Positions 50,771 through 63,539 of a stretch of 64,000 nt of DNA are shown one piece after another. The DNA comes from Mactra antiquata. Taxonomy: Eukaryota. Numbering within the stretch: the first letter of the stretch is position 1; each line of letters begins with the position of its first letter. The stretch lies in NCBI GenBank assembly GCA_047288015.1, contig CM103819.1, forward strand, positions 32,625,354 through 32,689,353, in the 5' to 3' direction. Made by a program: the position numbers and the translations under genes. Under the pieces are notes generated by a model. The model worked only from the letters and a program-made list of their open reading frames with translations, was not told the origin of the DNA and did no database searches.

Positions 50771-53496
50771 CTAGAAAATAATATTACAATGATTACTACA
50801 CTTTCTATCGGCTAGAAACTTGTCAGTCTCCCATTCCTGGCCTGTACCAAAAACCTGCAGGACAGTAAACATTTCTGGTTTACCAGTTGAAGTGTGGTGT
50901 ATGCTCGACTTTAGCACAGTATTTTTGTCTAATTGCCATATCAATGTCTTATTGGGCACTTATGCCTTATGCCGATGCCTACGTGGATGTCGAATGCCGA
51001 TAATACATGGGGGATTTTCTCAAACATATTTGCACAAAGTCGTATGTGTTTACATAAATCAGGGTCGTTGCAGATTTTAATTGAATTTGCGATGTGGTGA
51101 CATCTAAGATTGCAAGGTAGGTCTACTATGATAGAAATAAATGCAAACGAACAACTTATATTTTGTTTCGGCTTGTTTAATTTTTACAAGATTAATTCTA
51201 GATGTTTGCAGCACATACATTCACTATAGGTGACAAACGGTTTGTTGGATGCTTCAACAACCTGCTTTTACTTCTGTATTTCACTTATCGCGTGTTCCCC
51301 CCCCCCTCCCCGCTTCTATATTTTCGTATCGTTTAGTTTATTAAATTTTTGACTTTCACCAGCTGTTTTTCCAACTGTGTCGATGTATATGGTGTCATGA
51401 CACTTCCAGAGTTTCGGTATATTTAATCTCCCAAAAAGTAGGACTTCGTCGGGTAATGGAAGGTCCATACCAATCTGCTGCATAGGACCATATGATCACA
51501 CATATATCTACATGATATGTAGAAAAACATTGGGTTGCATACAAAACATAGATGGAATGAAACAAATCGAAAGTATTACGATTTGTTTACTGATCTGATC
51601 TTCAGGGTATGGACAAAACAAGCACGCGTTTTGTACGTCATTTCGAAAAAAACTTAAATATATGTGTGTGCAATGTCCATTGTTAATAATTATTATTTAT
51701 CAGCCTCACAGGTAACAGGTATACGAATACAAACAATTACCTGTGAATGAATAAAGTGGAAACATCGATGTCCAGAGAAAAAACGTTAAGGGTTAAACTC
51801 TTAAGTTCCTCACCCACTGTAGGAACACTAATTCCGGACATAGTCGCCAAGACATGATACGTTGGATAAATTCTACTCCAGTTTACAAACAAAAGTACTC
51901 TGTTTCTTATTGTTATTGTACGATTATATTGAACTGTCAGATTGCATAATCACACGGTTATTGTACATTGTATACATGTATATTAATTTCCTTGTTCTAT
52001 GCATAGAATTCTGCAATTAAAATACAATGTGTAGATTATTTCAATTTCGCTATTTCGACTGGCTGAATAACCAAGTGGTTAAGGTGAAATGCTGGACAAC
52101 AAACCTTTTGGATGGGGTGTTAGAATCATGGGAGATGCACGTTTTTTTCATTTTTGTTTCTCAGCACAATCTCGTCTAGGAATGCAGAGACTTGTATGAA
52201 CCCCCTCCTCTATCGTAACGGTGGCTATTGTGTTGCGTACACTTCTCGCTTCTTCCGTTTGCAATTTTCTTATTCACCCCAGGCCTTTCCCACTAACCCA
52301 TTCATAATGCACCTTTACTTTCCTGATATGGACACTGCTCAAATTATGACCAAACATGTAAATATTTTGTTTGACTTTAGATCCGTCATGATGTTAACTA
52401 GAAAAAATAGAGCAAAGAGGAAGTATCAGCGAGGATTCGAACCCGTGACTAAACGATTCACTGAACGATCGTACTACTCGGGCCCTAAGCAAACTATGAT
52501 ACATACTGTGGATGAAATACAATTAGCAAAGTAATGAAGTTGTAATTAATGAAAATTGATAGTTTAATGTAATCGTAGGCTACAATAACATTCGGTGACG
52601 GTCAGGTGACACATTAAACGTAAATTTATCATGTATGTGTTTAGTGTTTGATTTCATAATCACGTTAAAGAGGTGAACATTTTATTGACCTCGTTAAATT
52701 TTGAAAATCCTCCGACATTGTCAAAACATTGTAAATCCGTCATCGGTATAGGCTGTGGAAAGTGTATGTACAAGAAACAACTTAGATCGACATCATTGTG
52801 GATATTATACTCAACATTAAACATACTCTATCCTTTTAGATAGTCAATAAAATTGTAATTATTTTTATTTAATTTATAATGAATACGGCTTTTAAGTACT
52901 CAAATATTTTCCGTAAATATGTTTGAGAAAATCCCCGACATGGTATCGACATTCGACTTCAACGTAGGCATCGGGATAGGACATAAATCCCTTTTAAGAA
53001 GTTGTTTCAAAGAGATAGTCAATGACTTGTGGCGTATATTTCATATTGGAGCTACTACACAAAAGCTCACACTGAGCACAATGTTGAAGACAGCGAATAG
53101 TTTATACAAATTTACTTTATTTGCTACATTAAAATTTATATCAATAACTCTGGGGTCTACTTGCTGGTACCCCAATCTTAAGTAATAAGGATTGTACCCT
53201 AAAGATTAATTTATATAATCTGAATTTTCAATTTTTTATGTCATGCCAAAAAAATTCCTTTTATACAATGATTTGGCCATGCCATGCATGGACATATCCA
53301 TACTCAAAATGAAAAGGCTTACCTCTCTAGCTCATAAGAAACAAGGTAAGTCTTGTATTTCTTACTGAATTGGACAAAACATTTTTTTTATTAAAATCCA
53401 TTGCAAAGTACAAGACTCACTTCGCTAGAGGGATTAGTATCTTCATTTTAAAATAGATATGTCCTAGTCCGGCATAGCCAACTAGTACAAAATCAT

Positions 53497-53785
53497 ATAA
53501 GTTGCTGTTGTGTTGTGTTTTGGGTTTAATGCCATAGCAACACATTGTATAGGTCATATCACGGCGGTCAATCAACCTACTCACCGTTCCTGGAAAGGCT
53601 AAATCTCTGGATTTAGCTGTTAACCAGTTACTAGGCGCATACTTCCGTCAGTGACTGACAACTGCCCTACATGTTTTAAAATCAGTGGTAGGAGGGAGAA
53701 TGGCCGAAGAAATAATTTCATGACTAAGCTCCACGAAAGTATGCCCTGCCCGGGGATCGAACTGAGCTAGCCGGGCGGGCGGGTA
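53497..53785 (-). mobile_element. tRNA-derived SINE family A with internal deletion in the tRNA head
   Basis: Reverse complement of family A. Abuts a half-MITE at 53793-53890. Confidence 0.75.
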
Positions 53786-54043
53786 AAATCATATAAAAAA
53801 TATTGTTTTGGCGCAACAAAAAACCTCCAACAACATTAGAAATTCCAGATTATAAAATGAATCTATAATCAAATGAGTGTGTTACTAGGTTTCTAGCTAA
53901 AAAAGCCAAAAGGGTGTGTTTGGATCGCATTTAAAGCAAACATGAACTGGTTATCCATTGAATAGCAGTTTAACACAGTGACTGTGACCACTCTGTCTAG
54001 CATACTCTCCATTTAAAACCAGCAAAGCAGTTTTTATATACCA

Positions 54044-54273
54044 ACCTCCTCTAAGACGAAGTACAAGATGAAGCGTCGATTCTTTCTGAATATTGTAATC
54101 AGACAATGTACGGCCATCTTCCAACTGTTGTCCAGCAAATATCAATCTCTGTTGATCTGGAGGAATTCCTTCTTTGTCTTGGATCTTGGCCTTAATATTT
54201 TCAATTGAGTCGGATGAATCAACATCAAGAGAGGAGGTCTTACCAGTTAAAGTCTTGACAGAGATTTGCATAC
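54044..54273 (-). CDS. diverged ubiquitin unit (76 aa, 67/76 identical to canonical ubiquitin, K48Q); exon or Ub-derived pseudogene
   Basis: [76 protein letters not shown]. Polyubiquitin-style acceptor ttgttgttaccttcccag|gtATG sits immediately 5' of the ATG. The unspliced frame continues 31 aa past the GG to a stop at 53951. Confidence 0.55.
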
Positions 54274-54429
54274 CTGGGAAGGTAACAACAATTGATGCCA
54301 AAACCGTTTTTAACTTAAAAGTTTACAGTTTCACACAAGTTTTTAACATTAATTATTTCCAACAGCATATAGAATTCAAATAACCAGTTGGTGGGGACAA
54401 TTAATGCAATAGACTTAATTTGGAACTCC

Positions 54430-54585
54430 ATTTCACACTTTTTTACACATTATGGCGACAAGCATGAAACACGGATTAAATCCTATCGTTCTGTGTACAC
54501 ATATTTTTATTGTAACATTGAAAATCTGTTTGTACAGCAGGGAAAACCCAAAAATTTTAATTCCAGATATAGTCTATTATGGATG
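54430..54585. mobile_element. partial hairpin MITE ('ggtacaaac' family)
   Basis: …gtttgtacagcagggaaaacccaaaaattttaattccagatatagtc. Confidence 0.5.
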
Positions 54586-56435
54586 GGGACAATTAATTAA
54601 TTATGGAATATCACTTGATCAACCTTGTAAAAGGTCTATTGGATGAAATTCCATACCAAATATCTTCAGTGTTTTACCATGAAGATTATAAATTTGTCAT
54701 TGTCTATTTTTCATCTGATAAAAATGGGACCTAACGTTTATCAGTTACATAGTCTGTAAAACAATAATTTGATTTAAAAATTCATTTTATAATCTGGATT
54801 CTCAAGTATTGGTGAATTGTCATGTCAAAACAATATGATTTTATTAAAGTCCAGTACAAAATACAATATTTACTTTGTTTCTTACATGCTAGAGATTTTA
54901 TAGGTCACACTCACTGATTTGGGAGTCATTTGTGATGAAAAGGAGTTATTGAGATCATTACAATAATCATTACAAACAAAAACAAAATGAAAATTGGATG
55001 AAAAATAACTGCAATACAGTCAATTTAGAGTTTTCCATTATGAGGAACTTACACTTTTTTCATTAGTTTTTAAAACACCTTCAAAATGCATATATGCTAA
55101 AATATTAGGTAAGATTCTGTTTCACTTTGACTACAAAGCTGAAAATGATTACTTTTGAAAACCAACAAGAAAATGTGTTTAATATGCATGGGGTAGCAGA
55201 AAACAGTTATGCCTATTAATAACACCATCAATGTCATCATGAATATTCATTTTTGTGACACAAAATCATTCATAACGCCATTGTTTGATATCCGACTTGG
55301 ATAAAAACAGTACAAATGTATTTACTCGAAAATTTTGGAGGAATTTGATCTTTGAATTCTTTCGAACTATGAGCATGGTTAAACTATTTATATACAAAAT
55401 TGAACATGTAGATGATTTTGTCAAGACTATGCATGAACATTCGCAGCTGAAGTTTGTGTTGGTGTTTGTCTATTCTTATAGTAATACAGGTACATTTTGA
55501 GACCAAAAATTCATATAATGCAAAACAAAGTTGAGGATATTCATTCAAAGGGCTGAATTACTCGACTTTCAAACTTATTATGCAGTTTGTTTTGGTGTGA
55601 CAAAAAAGAATTCCAACAACATTTAGGAATACAGATTACAAAATAGAAACCAATATCAAATGAAAGAGTGGTCTGTGAGCATCTGATTTATTTGGACATA
55701 TTTAGGTAGTACAAGTTATTATTTTAATCCTAACTAACACTTTATCAGGGTGATGAAGGTTCCATAGTGTTTTCTGGTACATGTGTATAATTGTTTAAAA
55801 ATTAAGAATAAAAATCATGTTTATCTGTTTTATTTGGCATTGTTACTTCCAAACAGACATGCAAATTATTGTAAAGGCTGAAACTGGTAAAGCAGCACTT
55901 AAAGGACTTGGCCAACTTTTACCAACAGAGTACACAAAAAGTAAGCAACAACAAAGATAGGTAGACAAAAATTAACCTAACAACCCAGTTAGTAAGCAAA
56001 AAAACAAACTAAAAGTACAGCAAGAAAAACCCTGTTGGCAGGCAAAAACAAAAACAAACTAAAATCCCCGTGGGTATGCAAAAAGCAAGCAATATAACAT
56101 TCTTTTAGTTAGGTGCTAATATTGCAGACTTAATATTGTTTTAATCTGTTTCTTGAGAAATGTTTGTGTACTTTTTTTACTTAAATGGTACAACTAACAC
56201 TACCTGTATTATTGCTAAACCACCCACTCTTACACTATTTTGAATATTAAAGCCAAGATCCAAGGCATAGAAAAAAATCCTCCAGAGCAGCAGAGAGTCT
56301 ATAGATGCTGGTAAATATTCATTTATATCTTGCAACATTCAGCATTATGTACAGATTGATGGCATAAGAAAAATAACTTGAGTTATTGAAAGTTTTATTT
56401 CCTGAACCTTTTTTTCTTTTTTTTTGGGGGGGGGA

Positions 56436-56728
56436 GGAAGTAACACCATAACACATTACATGTATATAGGTCATATAAAGGCCGTCAGTCAACCTACTAA
56501 CCATTCCTGGAAAGGCTAAATCTCTGGATTTAGCTGTTAGTTAACCAGTTACTTGGCGCATACTTTTGTCAGTGACTAACAACTGTCCTACATGATTTAG
56601 AATCTGTGGTAGGAGGGAGAATGGCAGTAGAATTTTTTTCATGATCAAGCCCCATGAAAGTAACGAACACACAACCCCTCATTCAGTAGACACGTGCGCT
56701 ATCGACTGAGCTAGCTGGGCAGACCATT
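56436..56728 (-). mobile_element. diverged SINE family A copy
   Basis: Body matches …aaaggctaaatctctggatttagctgtta…ccagttacttggcgcatac…gtaggagggagaatggc. Confidence 0.6.
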
Positions 56729-56799
56729 TCCTGAACTAAATATATGGAACTCTTTGTGTTTGTTCCAGTCCAAGTTTCATGGCGCTTCACACCGCTTTT

Positions 56800-57085
56800 T
56801 CTACTATTTTTCTGTCATATTGCAGGAGCCACTCACTTCCACTGGAGAGGCTTAGATCTCTAGACCCAAGCTTTTAACCAGTACTTAACATATACCTTTG
56901 TCAGGGTCTGACAACTGTCCTACTTAATACATACAGCATTAGGAGAGAGAATAGCTGAAGAAAGGATTTTATGACTGAACTTGACAAAAGTACATTGTAT
57001 GTAGGTTCCACCTGGGAATCAAGCGTGCGACCCTTGGATCCGTAGGCAGATGCCCTACCAACAGAGCTAGCCAGGAAGTCTGTTC
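56800..57085 (-). mobile_element. SINE with a family A-like body and a different tRNA-like head
   Basis: …cccaagcttttaaccagtacttaacatatacc…gacaactgtcctact… Head (rc) cttcctggctagctctgttggtagggcatctgcctacggatccaagggtcgcacgcttgattcccagg. Confidence 0.5.
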
Positions 57086-58984
57086 AAATCAGTATCAATA
57101 CATTTTTATAGACAGTTCTTTGCTACTTCAACTCTGGGGTGAATCAAGATTAAAAGTTTATTTCCCAATGGAGAGTTCAACATAAAACATTTCAAAGCAG
57201 AGATGGGGGCAGGGGGGGGGGGGGATCAGTCACCAAAAATATTGTTTTGAATCACATTGCTTTGCATTTATTTTGAAAATTCCAGGGGTTGAGGTGTGTG
57301 GTGGCTCTGGAACTCCTTTGACCCTCACTGGATACATTACTTGAATGGGAACAAAAAAGTACCTGGAGAAACAGATTTAGCCTTCTTTTTCTTCTTTGAT
57401 CTATCTCTTGATCGACTGTAACAGATATAATTATCATTTAAGGGCTTGTTTCATTTACCCATCGCTCGCAGATTTTCTGGTGATCCATTGCCCATTTTGA
57501 ATTTCATGGACAGATGCCGTTCATTAAATCATAAACAGAGACATCTAAACTTTTATCTACATCAAAAATGTCCCAAACATCATCCATTCACCTGCTAGTG
57601 GCTATTATTGTCTAAAAGTTGGTGATGGTGATAATGATGAAAACTTGTAATTGAGATTTTGAAGTTAAGGAAACAGGCTTATTGAAAATAAATACCATCG
57701 AGCGTTTACGTTTGAAGAAGCATATTTGAAAATAAATGACGTCATTACAATCATTGATTTATCAAGTCATCAATTTCAGCAAATGTATAAAAAGTAGCTC
57801 TAACCTTCTGGATCTATATTTTTTCATCATAACTGATGACCGCATTGCCATACTTCGCTTACCTAAAGATGACAAAATGTAATCACTAAATAGTAACTGC
57901 ATTATATAATCTAGGCTATAGCATTCACATTAACTTCACAGAATGTAATAGAATGAAATATACTTCCACTTTTAAACCTTAATTTTAAACCTTTACCTAG
58001 AACTCATCAGATTAAAATATCTCTTTTGTTTAAACTAATTTATTTGGAAATTTCTTCCATTGCTCAAACTTACTATATAATCAAAACTCAAAGCATGTCT
58101 CTTGGGGAAGATCGATACAGAGTCTCTAAGGCCTGTATCATTCAGGGCCTAGGCCTTGGTAGCTTAAGATCATATAGATCTGTTGAATTCAGGTTCAACT
58201 CTGAAACTAGTCTACCAATGTAATAATAGGAGGAAAAATTTAGTACCTGATTCAAGGCTCGAACCCTTGACCTCCTGCTTGCAAGTCAGATACTCTTCCA
58301 AATGAGCAAATCAGACTGATGAATATTACAGACAAATAATTTAAACATACACTATATACAACCCTGTTACACAGAAATTACCAGTACCCTAATATTAATC
58401 AAGTCTTCTCAATGGAGTCTTTAACTCAGCTTATTTGCAGCTTACAAATGGTACCACAAAATTATACTGACCAAGCAAGTACACAAATACACCTTGATTA
58501 AGTCAACCAATCGAAGGAAATTATTTTGCTAATGGAAATCAGTATTGACCCTGGTTGGATTAGCATCCAGGACCCCTCAACCCTTAAGTACATGTAAAAG
58601 CCACTGAACCACTGCTCTTGTACAAAGTATTGCCATAAATGATTGAACAAGCTGAATACTGTTATTGGGTCATGCTTTAGTAAAAAATACTGTAGAATCT
58701 GAATATCATTTTCTTCTTTGCTGTTCTAAATATTCTTTTTTAAGAAAAAAAATATCTCCGTAATTATTCATGGGCCCTCTGTTGAAATTTTTTTTCACTT
58801 AATGAAATCCAAGACAAATAAGAACATCTTTAATATTGCCAAATATATAAAAGAAGTGTTAACCATAAAGAAAAATTTTTTAAACATAGTACATTTGTAT
58901 AACCGTTCCCTTTTTTCTTCTTTTTGTATACTTCAAAATTGATACAAATGTATATATGTATTTGAATAGTTAATACTGTATTTT

Positions 58985-59135
58985 ATTTGAGATTTGTGTA
59001 TTTGAGATTTGTGTATTTGAGATTTGTGTATTTGAGATTTGTGTATTTGATATTTTGTGTATTTGAGATTTGTGTATTTGAGATTTGTGTATTTGAGATT
59101 TGTCTATTTGAGATTTGTCTATTTGAGATTTGTCA
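58985..59135. repeat. minisatellite, 17-bp unit (gagatttgtgtatttga) ~9 copies
   Basis: Direct reading. Confidence 0.9.
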
Positions 59136-59529
59136 CTGTGTGTATGGTCTTTGCCATGTTTTTTTTTTCATTATTGTAAATGTCAGAAGGCATACGTAAT
59201 GCCGATTGTTTGCCTAATAAAGGACAAGTAAAGAATTTAGACAAATATAGATAATAACAGACAAGAATATTGTGTATCATTCAAAGGATTTACTTAAATT
59301 TTCTTATAGGCTCATAAAAATGTTACATTGCCAATCAAGAGTTTCAATTTTTGAATCATGAAGATACATGTAAAAGCCTAGCTGTATGTTACTATAATAT
59401 GTAATGCCTACCAGTAATTCCTTCAATAGAATCCACCAGTTTACTTTGGTTCTCTATCTCTTGTCCTATATCAACAGCTATATTTTTCAATTTTCTCAAA
59501 CCCTCTAATACAGGTAACTCTAAAACATA

Positions 59530-59765
59530 CAGGACATATTTTTGTATCTGCCTGGTTAGCACAGTTGGTAGCATGTCTGACTTAAAATCAAGAGGTACTT
59601 GCTATGGCCATTCTCCCTCCTACCCTTAGTACCAAGTAGGGCAGTTGTCAGCCACTGGTGAATGAATGTAGGTGCTTAGTACTGGATGAAAGCTGAGGTC
59701 TAGAAATCTAAGCCTCCAGAGACAGTGACTAGGTCGACAGACCACAGTGATTGAAAAAATTGTCT
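59530..59765 (+). mobile_element. SINE family A-related copy
   Basis: ctggttagcacagttggtagcatgtctgac…ccattctccctcctaccc…gtagggcagttgtcagccactgg. Confidence 0.5.
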
Positions 59766-60487
59766 AATAGTGGTGTAAAGCACCATAAATTATCTTTTTT
59801 CTAGCAATTCTAATACATACAGGAAATAATTGTACTTGTGATGTCAAGTTGGTCAACTGTACGCCACATTACGACTGAAAAATTATCAAACACGTAGCTG
59901 TGTAAAGCATCATAAATTACTAATTTTTTTCATGATACGTGTAAAACCTTTGTGCAAATATGATTATTATTTCAATTAATGAGTTCAGAAAATATGCAAC
60001 CAAGTGTATCATGACCAAGAATGAAAAGATCATTTTTATGAGCTCATGATTTGAAATAAAACAATCTTATTTTCTTTTGAATGTTTGTTGACTGTATTCA
60101 AACCAGTACAATGTGTTATAGTGTAAGTGACACCCCACAAGGAGGTAACAATAGACTATAAATGGAACTTACATTTATACGTTTTTCATCACTTAAAAAC
60201 CTTCTTTTACCATAACAAAGAAAATATGTGTACAAAGGACAACAGAATTTATGTTGCATGCTTTTCAGCAATAATAAGTAAAAAAACTTAGTACCCGGTG
60301 GGCGCAGGTGAAAAAAAACATAGTTTTTTTTATGTGCCAGAGAGGTAAGCATCTTCATTTTGAATATAGGCGTTATGGCCAAATTGTACAACCTCATATA
60401 AAAGATATTGTTTTGGGTGGGTCAAATAATCCTCCACCAAAATTTAAAAATCCAGATTATAAAATAAATCTATAATAAAAAACAACA

Positions 60488-60641
60488 GTGTTTAAATATT
60501 TATACAACAAAAACATCATTCACTAGTACATGCAATTGTGTTAACAAATTACCAGGAGAGGCAGAAATATTTATACAACAAAAACATCATTCACTAGTAC
60601 ATGCAATTGTGTTAACAAATTACCAGGAGAGGCAGAAATAC
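60488..60641. repeat. tandem duplication of a ~73-bp unit next to the donor of exon 60642-60714
   Basis: ttatacaacaaaaacatcattcactagtacatgcaattgtgttaacaaattaccaggagaggcagaaata occurs twice. Confidence 0.85.
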
Positions 60642-60714
60642 CTTCTTCTTCATGCTCCCCAGAGTCGCTATCATCATCCCAATCAGCTTCTACCATCCCA
60701 CCTGTATCATATCT
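60642..60714 (-). CDS. candidate acidic coding exon RYDTGGMVEADWDDDSDSGEHEEE
   Basis: Acceptor atctctgtcag|AGATATG (polypyrimidine-rich) and donor GAAGAAG|gtatttc. 73 nt, phase 0→1. Confidence 0.35.
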
Positions 60715-61359
60715 CTGTCAGAGAGAAAAAAAGCATAACATGAACACTTAAAACTGGTTAGCACATGGCAGAAAAAATGACCCTTTTTCCAATTTCACAT
60801 GGTTAGGCAATTTCATTTTATCATTTTTGTAAGACATAAATGCAACTTGACCAAGTTGTTTCCTAAGAAATTGTCTATCAGAAATGGCCATTCAAACTCA
60901 AACCCCTGTTACCATGGTAATGCTGGAGTGGAGCAAAAGGTACTGGGCCACCCTCAAACCCCTGCAACAGAGAGGGCCAAAACCTCCTCTAATATATCTT
61001 TTAATGATGGAGGTGTGCCAAAAAGAGGCACACTCCTAAAGTGAAATCAACCAAAGTCTGCTTACAGACAGTATTTTCAAATCTAGGGGCAGCCATATTG
61101 AAGGGGGGGGCATGTTAAAACATGGCATTGACCAGTAAAGGGTAAATACTATAGCATATGAATTTTCCGGAACGATTTTTTAAAATTCTATGGTTTTTCT
61201 ATCACAAAACCAGAAGTTTTCCAAAGAAATCCATTTTCAATGACTTTCAGATCTGTACAAACACCAACTACCATTTCACTCAACTTAGTTCATATTGTAA
61301 TTGACTTCAACTCCAGAATGTGTTTGTAATTCAAAACATAAGATAGCTATGCAGCTGAT

Positions 61360-61672
61360 ACCTAACCTGGGTCCTTGGTGATTAGGCTATGTGCAGGATT
61401 TCAAATCTAAGTGTCCTGAAATGGTAGCTGGTTCTCGCCTCACCTGGGCTTGTTATACCATTTCATGAAATTTTGACAATAATGTCCAATAACTTCCATT
61501 AATATAGTATATGGAGAAGTTGTAGGCCTTGTGTAAGGGTAGGCGAGCACTGCTTTCGGACAAGGGTCCAGGAAAGCTAGGTTAGGTGAGCTAGCTGCTG
61601 TAAAATGACCACACTTTGTGTTAACATGGTGTTAATCCCAACAAACAAAACAACAAAAAAAGAAAACAGATG
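61360..61672 (+). mobile_element. SINE-like element with an A-rich (CAAAA) tail
   Basis: Shares …catgaaattttgacaataatgt… with 27340-27400. Tail aacaaacaaaacaacaaaaaaag. Confidence 0.35.
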
Positions 61673-62088
61673 ATACCACAGAAGAGTGATGGATAAGCCT
61701 GACGTCAAATTCATTCATTTCGAAATCAAATTTTGTTAAAATTTGGATTTTCCTACAGGAGAGCCTTAATACTTGCTCTGGTGTAAGTTTCAAATTAGCG
61801 TAAAAATTTTGATTAAATGGCCCCTGGTTCTTAGTTAGATGCAAGTCTAAGTCTAAAATACTGCTCATAAAATTTAAAGAGAGCAGGGAACAAAAACCAG
61901 TGATCTGATGTAAGGCATAATAACAGTAAACCTGAATTCAAGTCTTATCTAAAAGACTGATTGAAAAGTTCAGAGAGATAAGGGAATCAAACCAGCAACC
62001 TTTCTGTTTACTGGGTCACTGAGCTAACAACAACACTATGTGATCCTAGATTGATGGTTTATAGAAAACTCAACACACCATTCGGAAC

Positions 62089-62663
62089 TCCTCGGCCATT
62101 CAATACGAACAACCTCGGACTTATTTAGACACCATGTTGTAACTACTTTCGCGTCACGTGACAAAACACCAATGACACAATTTGAAAATTTAAAATCTTC
62201 CCATATCAAGTGGGTAAAACCCATAACACGCCGTCCTTGCTGAATACAGTAATCGGGGCTTCTCACTGACCATTTAGAAAGTCTTAAATGCCAAGTTATC
62301 TCTTGCTAGGGACAGACACAACTCAAAAATTGCTACTGTAATCATGGAAAGGCCGTGTTTTGATTTTTATCTGGTGTCGAAGTAAACAAATCCATGATCA
62401 TGTAGGCGATGATAAATGTCCTAATTTAAGTCTATAGATTTAAACTACACGACTCATTGAGATCGCTAACCATTGTTGAGACGCATAATATAACATAAAA
62501 ATATCATTATACTAAACCGTGTGTGTTTAACGACAAAAACTATTTAGTATAATTTGTTGTGTGATTCGCCTCGCGTATGTAGCAAAAACCCAAAAACTTG
62601 GTGGACCCCCCACAAATCCTTCCAAGATTATTCATTCAATGAAAGGTCGAGGTGTTCCGAATG
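62089..62663 (+). mobile_element. ~580-bp TIR element, copy 2 (see 14630-15213)
   Basis: About 85% identity across the full length. Same TIRs. Confidence 0.65.
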
Positions 62664-63117
62664 CTCAACACACCTCTAGATTATCTTCACATTCTACATC
62701 AGAAGTATAAACCTACATAGAAACATAAACATATCAGTGTTAATTACACACTGTTCCTATAAATAGTAACAAAATGACATCATTTGCTATTACCTAACAT
62801 TTTCCACCTCATTTTTGAAATCCCCTCCTGATACAAATATAATACTGATATTCCAAATGCACTAATTTGCATAACTGAGATTTGATAGCACTGATAGCCT
62901 AATGGTTCGGTCCACGGTCGCATCATACCAAAGATGATAAAAAATGGTACAAGCAGCTCCCTTGCTTGGCGCTCAGCATTAAACGGGTAGCACTCAGGAA
63001 GATAGAGTAAAGCAACCAGGTAAGTATCTGTTAGTGGATACCTTGTTTGTCACACAATAGCTTCACAGCTTATGTTGTTTGTTGATTATAAGCCATGTCA
63101 AATAATAAATAAAGTTT

Positions 63118-63318
63118 TTATGACTGGGTCATTTTACACTGAAAATTTCTTTTGATTGGGTCATTTAGACTGAAAGTTTCTTTTGATTGGTTCATTTTAC
63201 ATTGCACAATTCATTAGATTGGGTCATTTTAGACTGAAAATTTCTTTTAATTGGTTCATTTTACACTGAAAGTTTTCTTGATTGGGTCATTTTACACTGA
63301 ACGTTTCTTTTTATTGAG
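63118..63318. repeat. minisatellite, 32-bp unit (gattgggtcattttacactgaaagtttctttt) ~6 copies
   Basis: Direct reading. Confidence 0.85.
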
Positions 63319-63464
63319 TTGTATGGCATTCTCAGAGAACAGCAACTACAGTCCAATTGACTACAATTGCCTTTTTCCAAGAATGCCACATGACATATTT
63401 TTATATTTGTCAACAGTTTACATTGTAATTGTACAATGAATATAGATAAAATAATGCAACATAC

Positions 63465-63539
63465 CGATGAACTATCTTCATCATCTTCATCACTGTCATC
63501 ATCATCATCAGAAGAAGAAGATGAAGAAGAATCTTCTAC
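63465..63539 (-). CDS. candidate acidic/serine-rich coding exon VEDSSSSSSSDDDDDSDEDDEDSSS
   Basis: Acceptor tcaatatatgcag|GTAGAAG and donor TCATCG|gtatgttgc. 75 nt, phase 0→0. Confidence 0.35.

Noticed and set aside
52420-52500. tRNA-like segment (…gtcacgggttcgaatcctcgc on the minus strand)
   Set aside because: Could not fold a canonical cloverleaf: T-stem and acceptor do not pair. More likely a SINE-head or tRNA-pseudogene fragment, so not called as a tRNA gene.
53951-54301. Track ORF extending the ubiquitin unit at both ends ([10 protein letters not shown][15 protein letters not shown]…)
   Set aside because: The N-terminal extension is translated intron: a polypyrimidine tract plus AG sits immediately before the Ub ATG. 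The C-terminal read-through is possible but unsupported; it is treated as one alternative in the findings.
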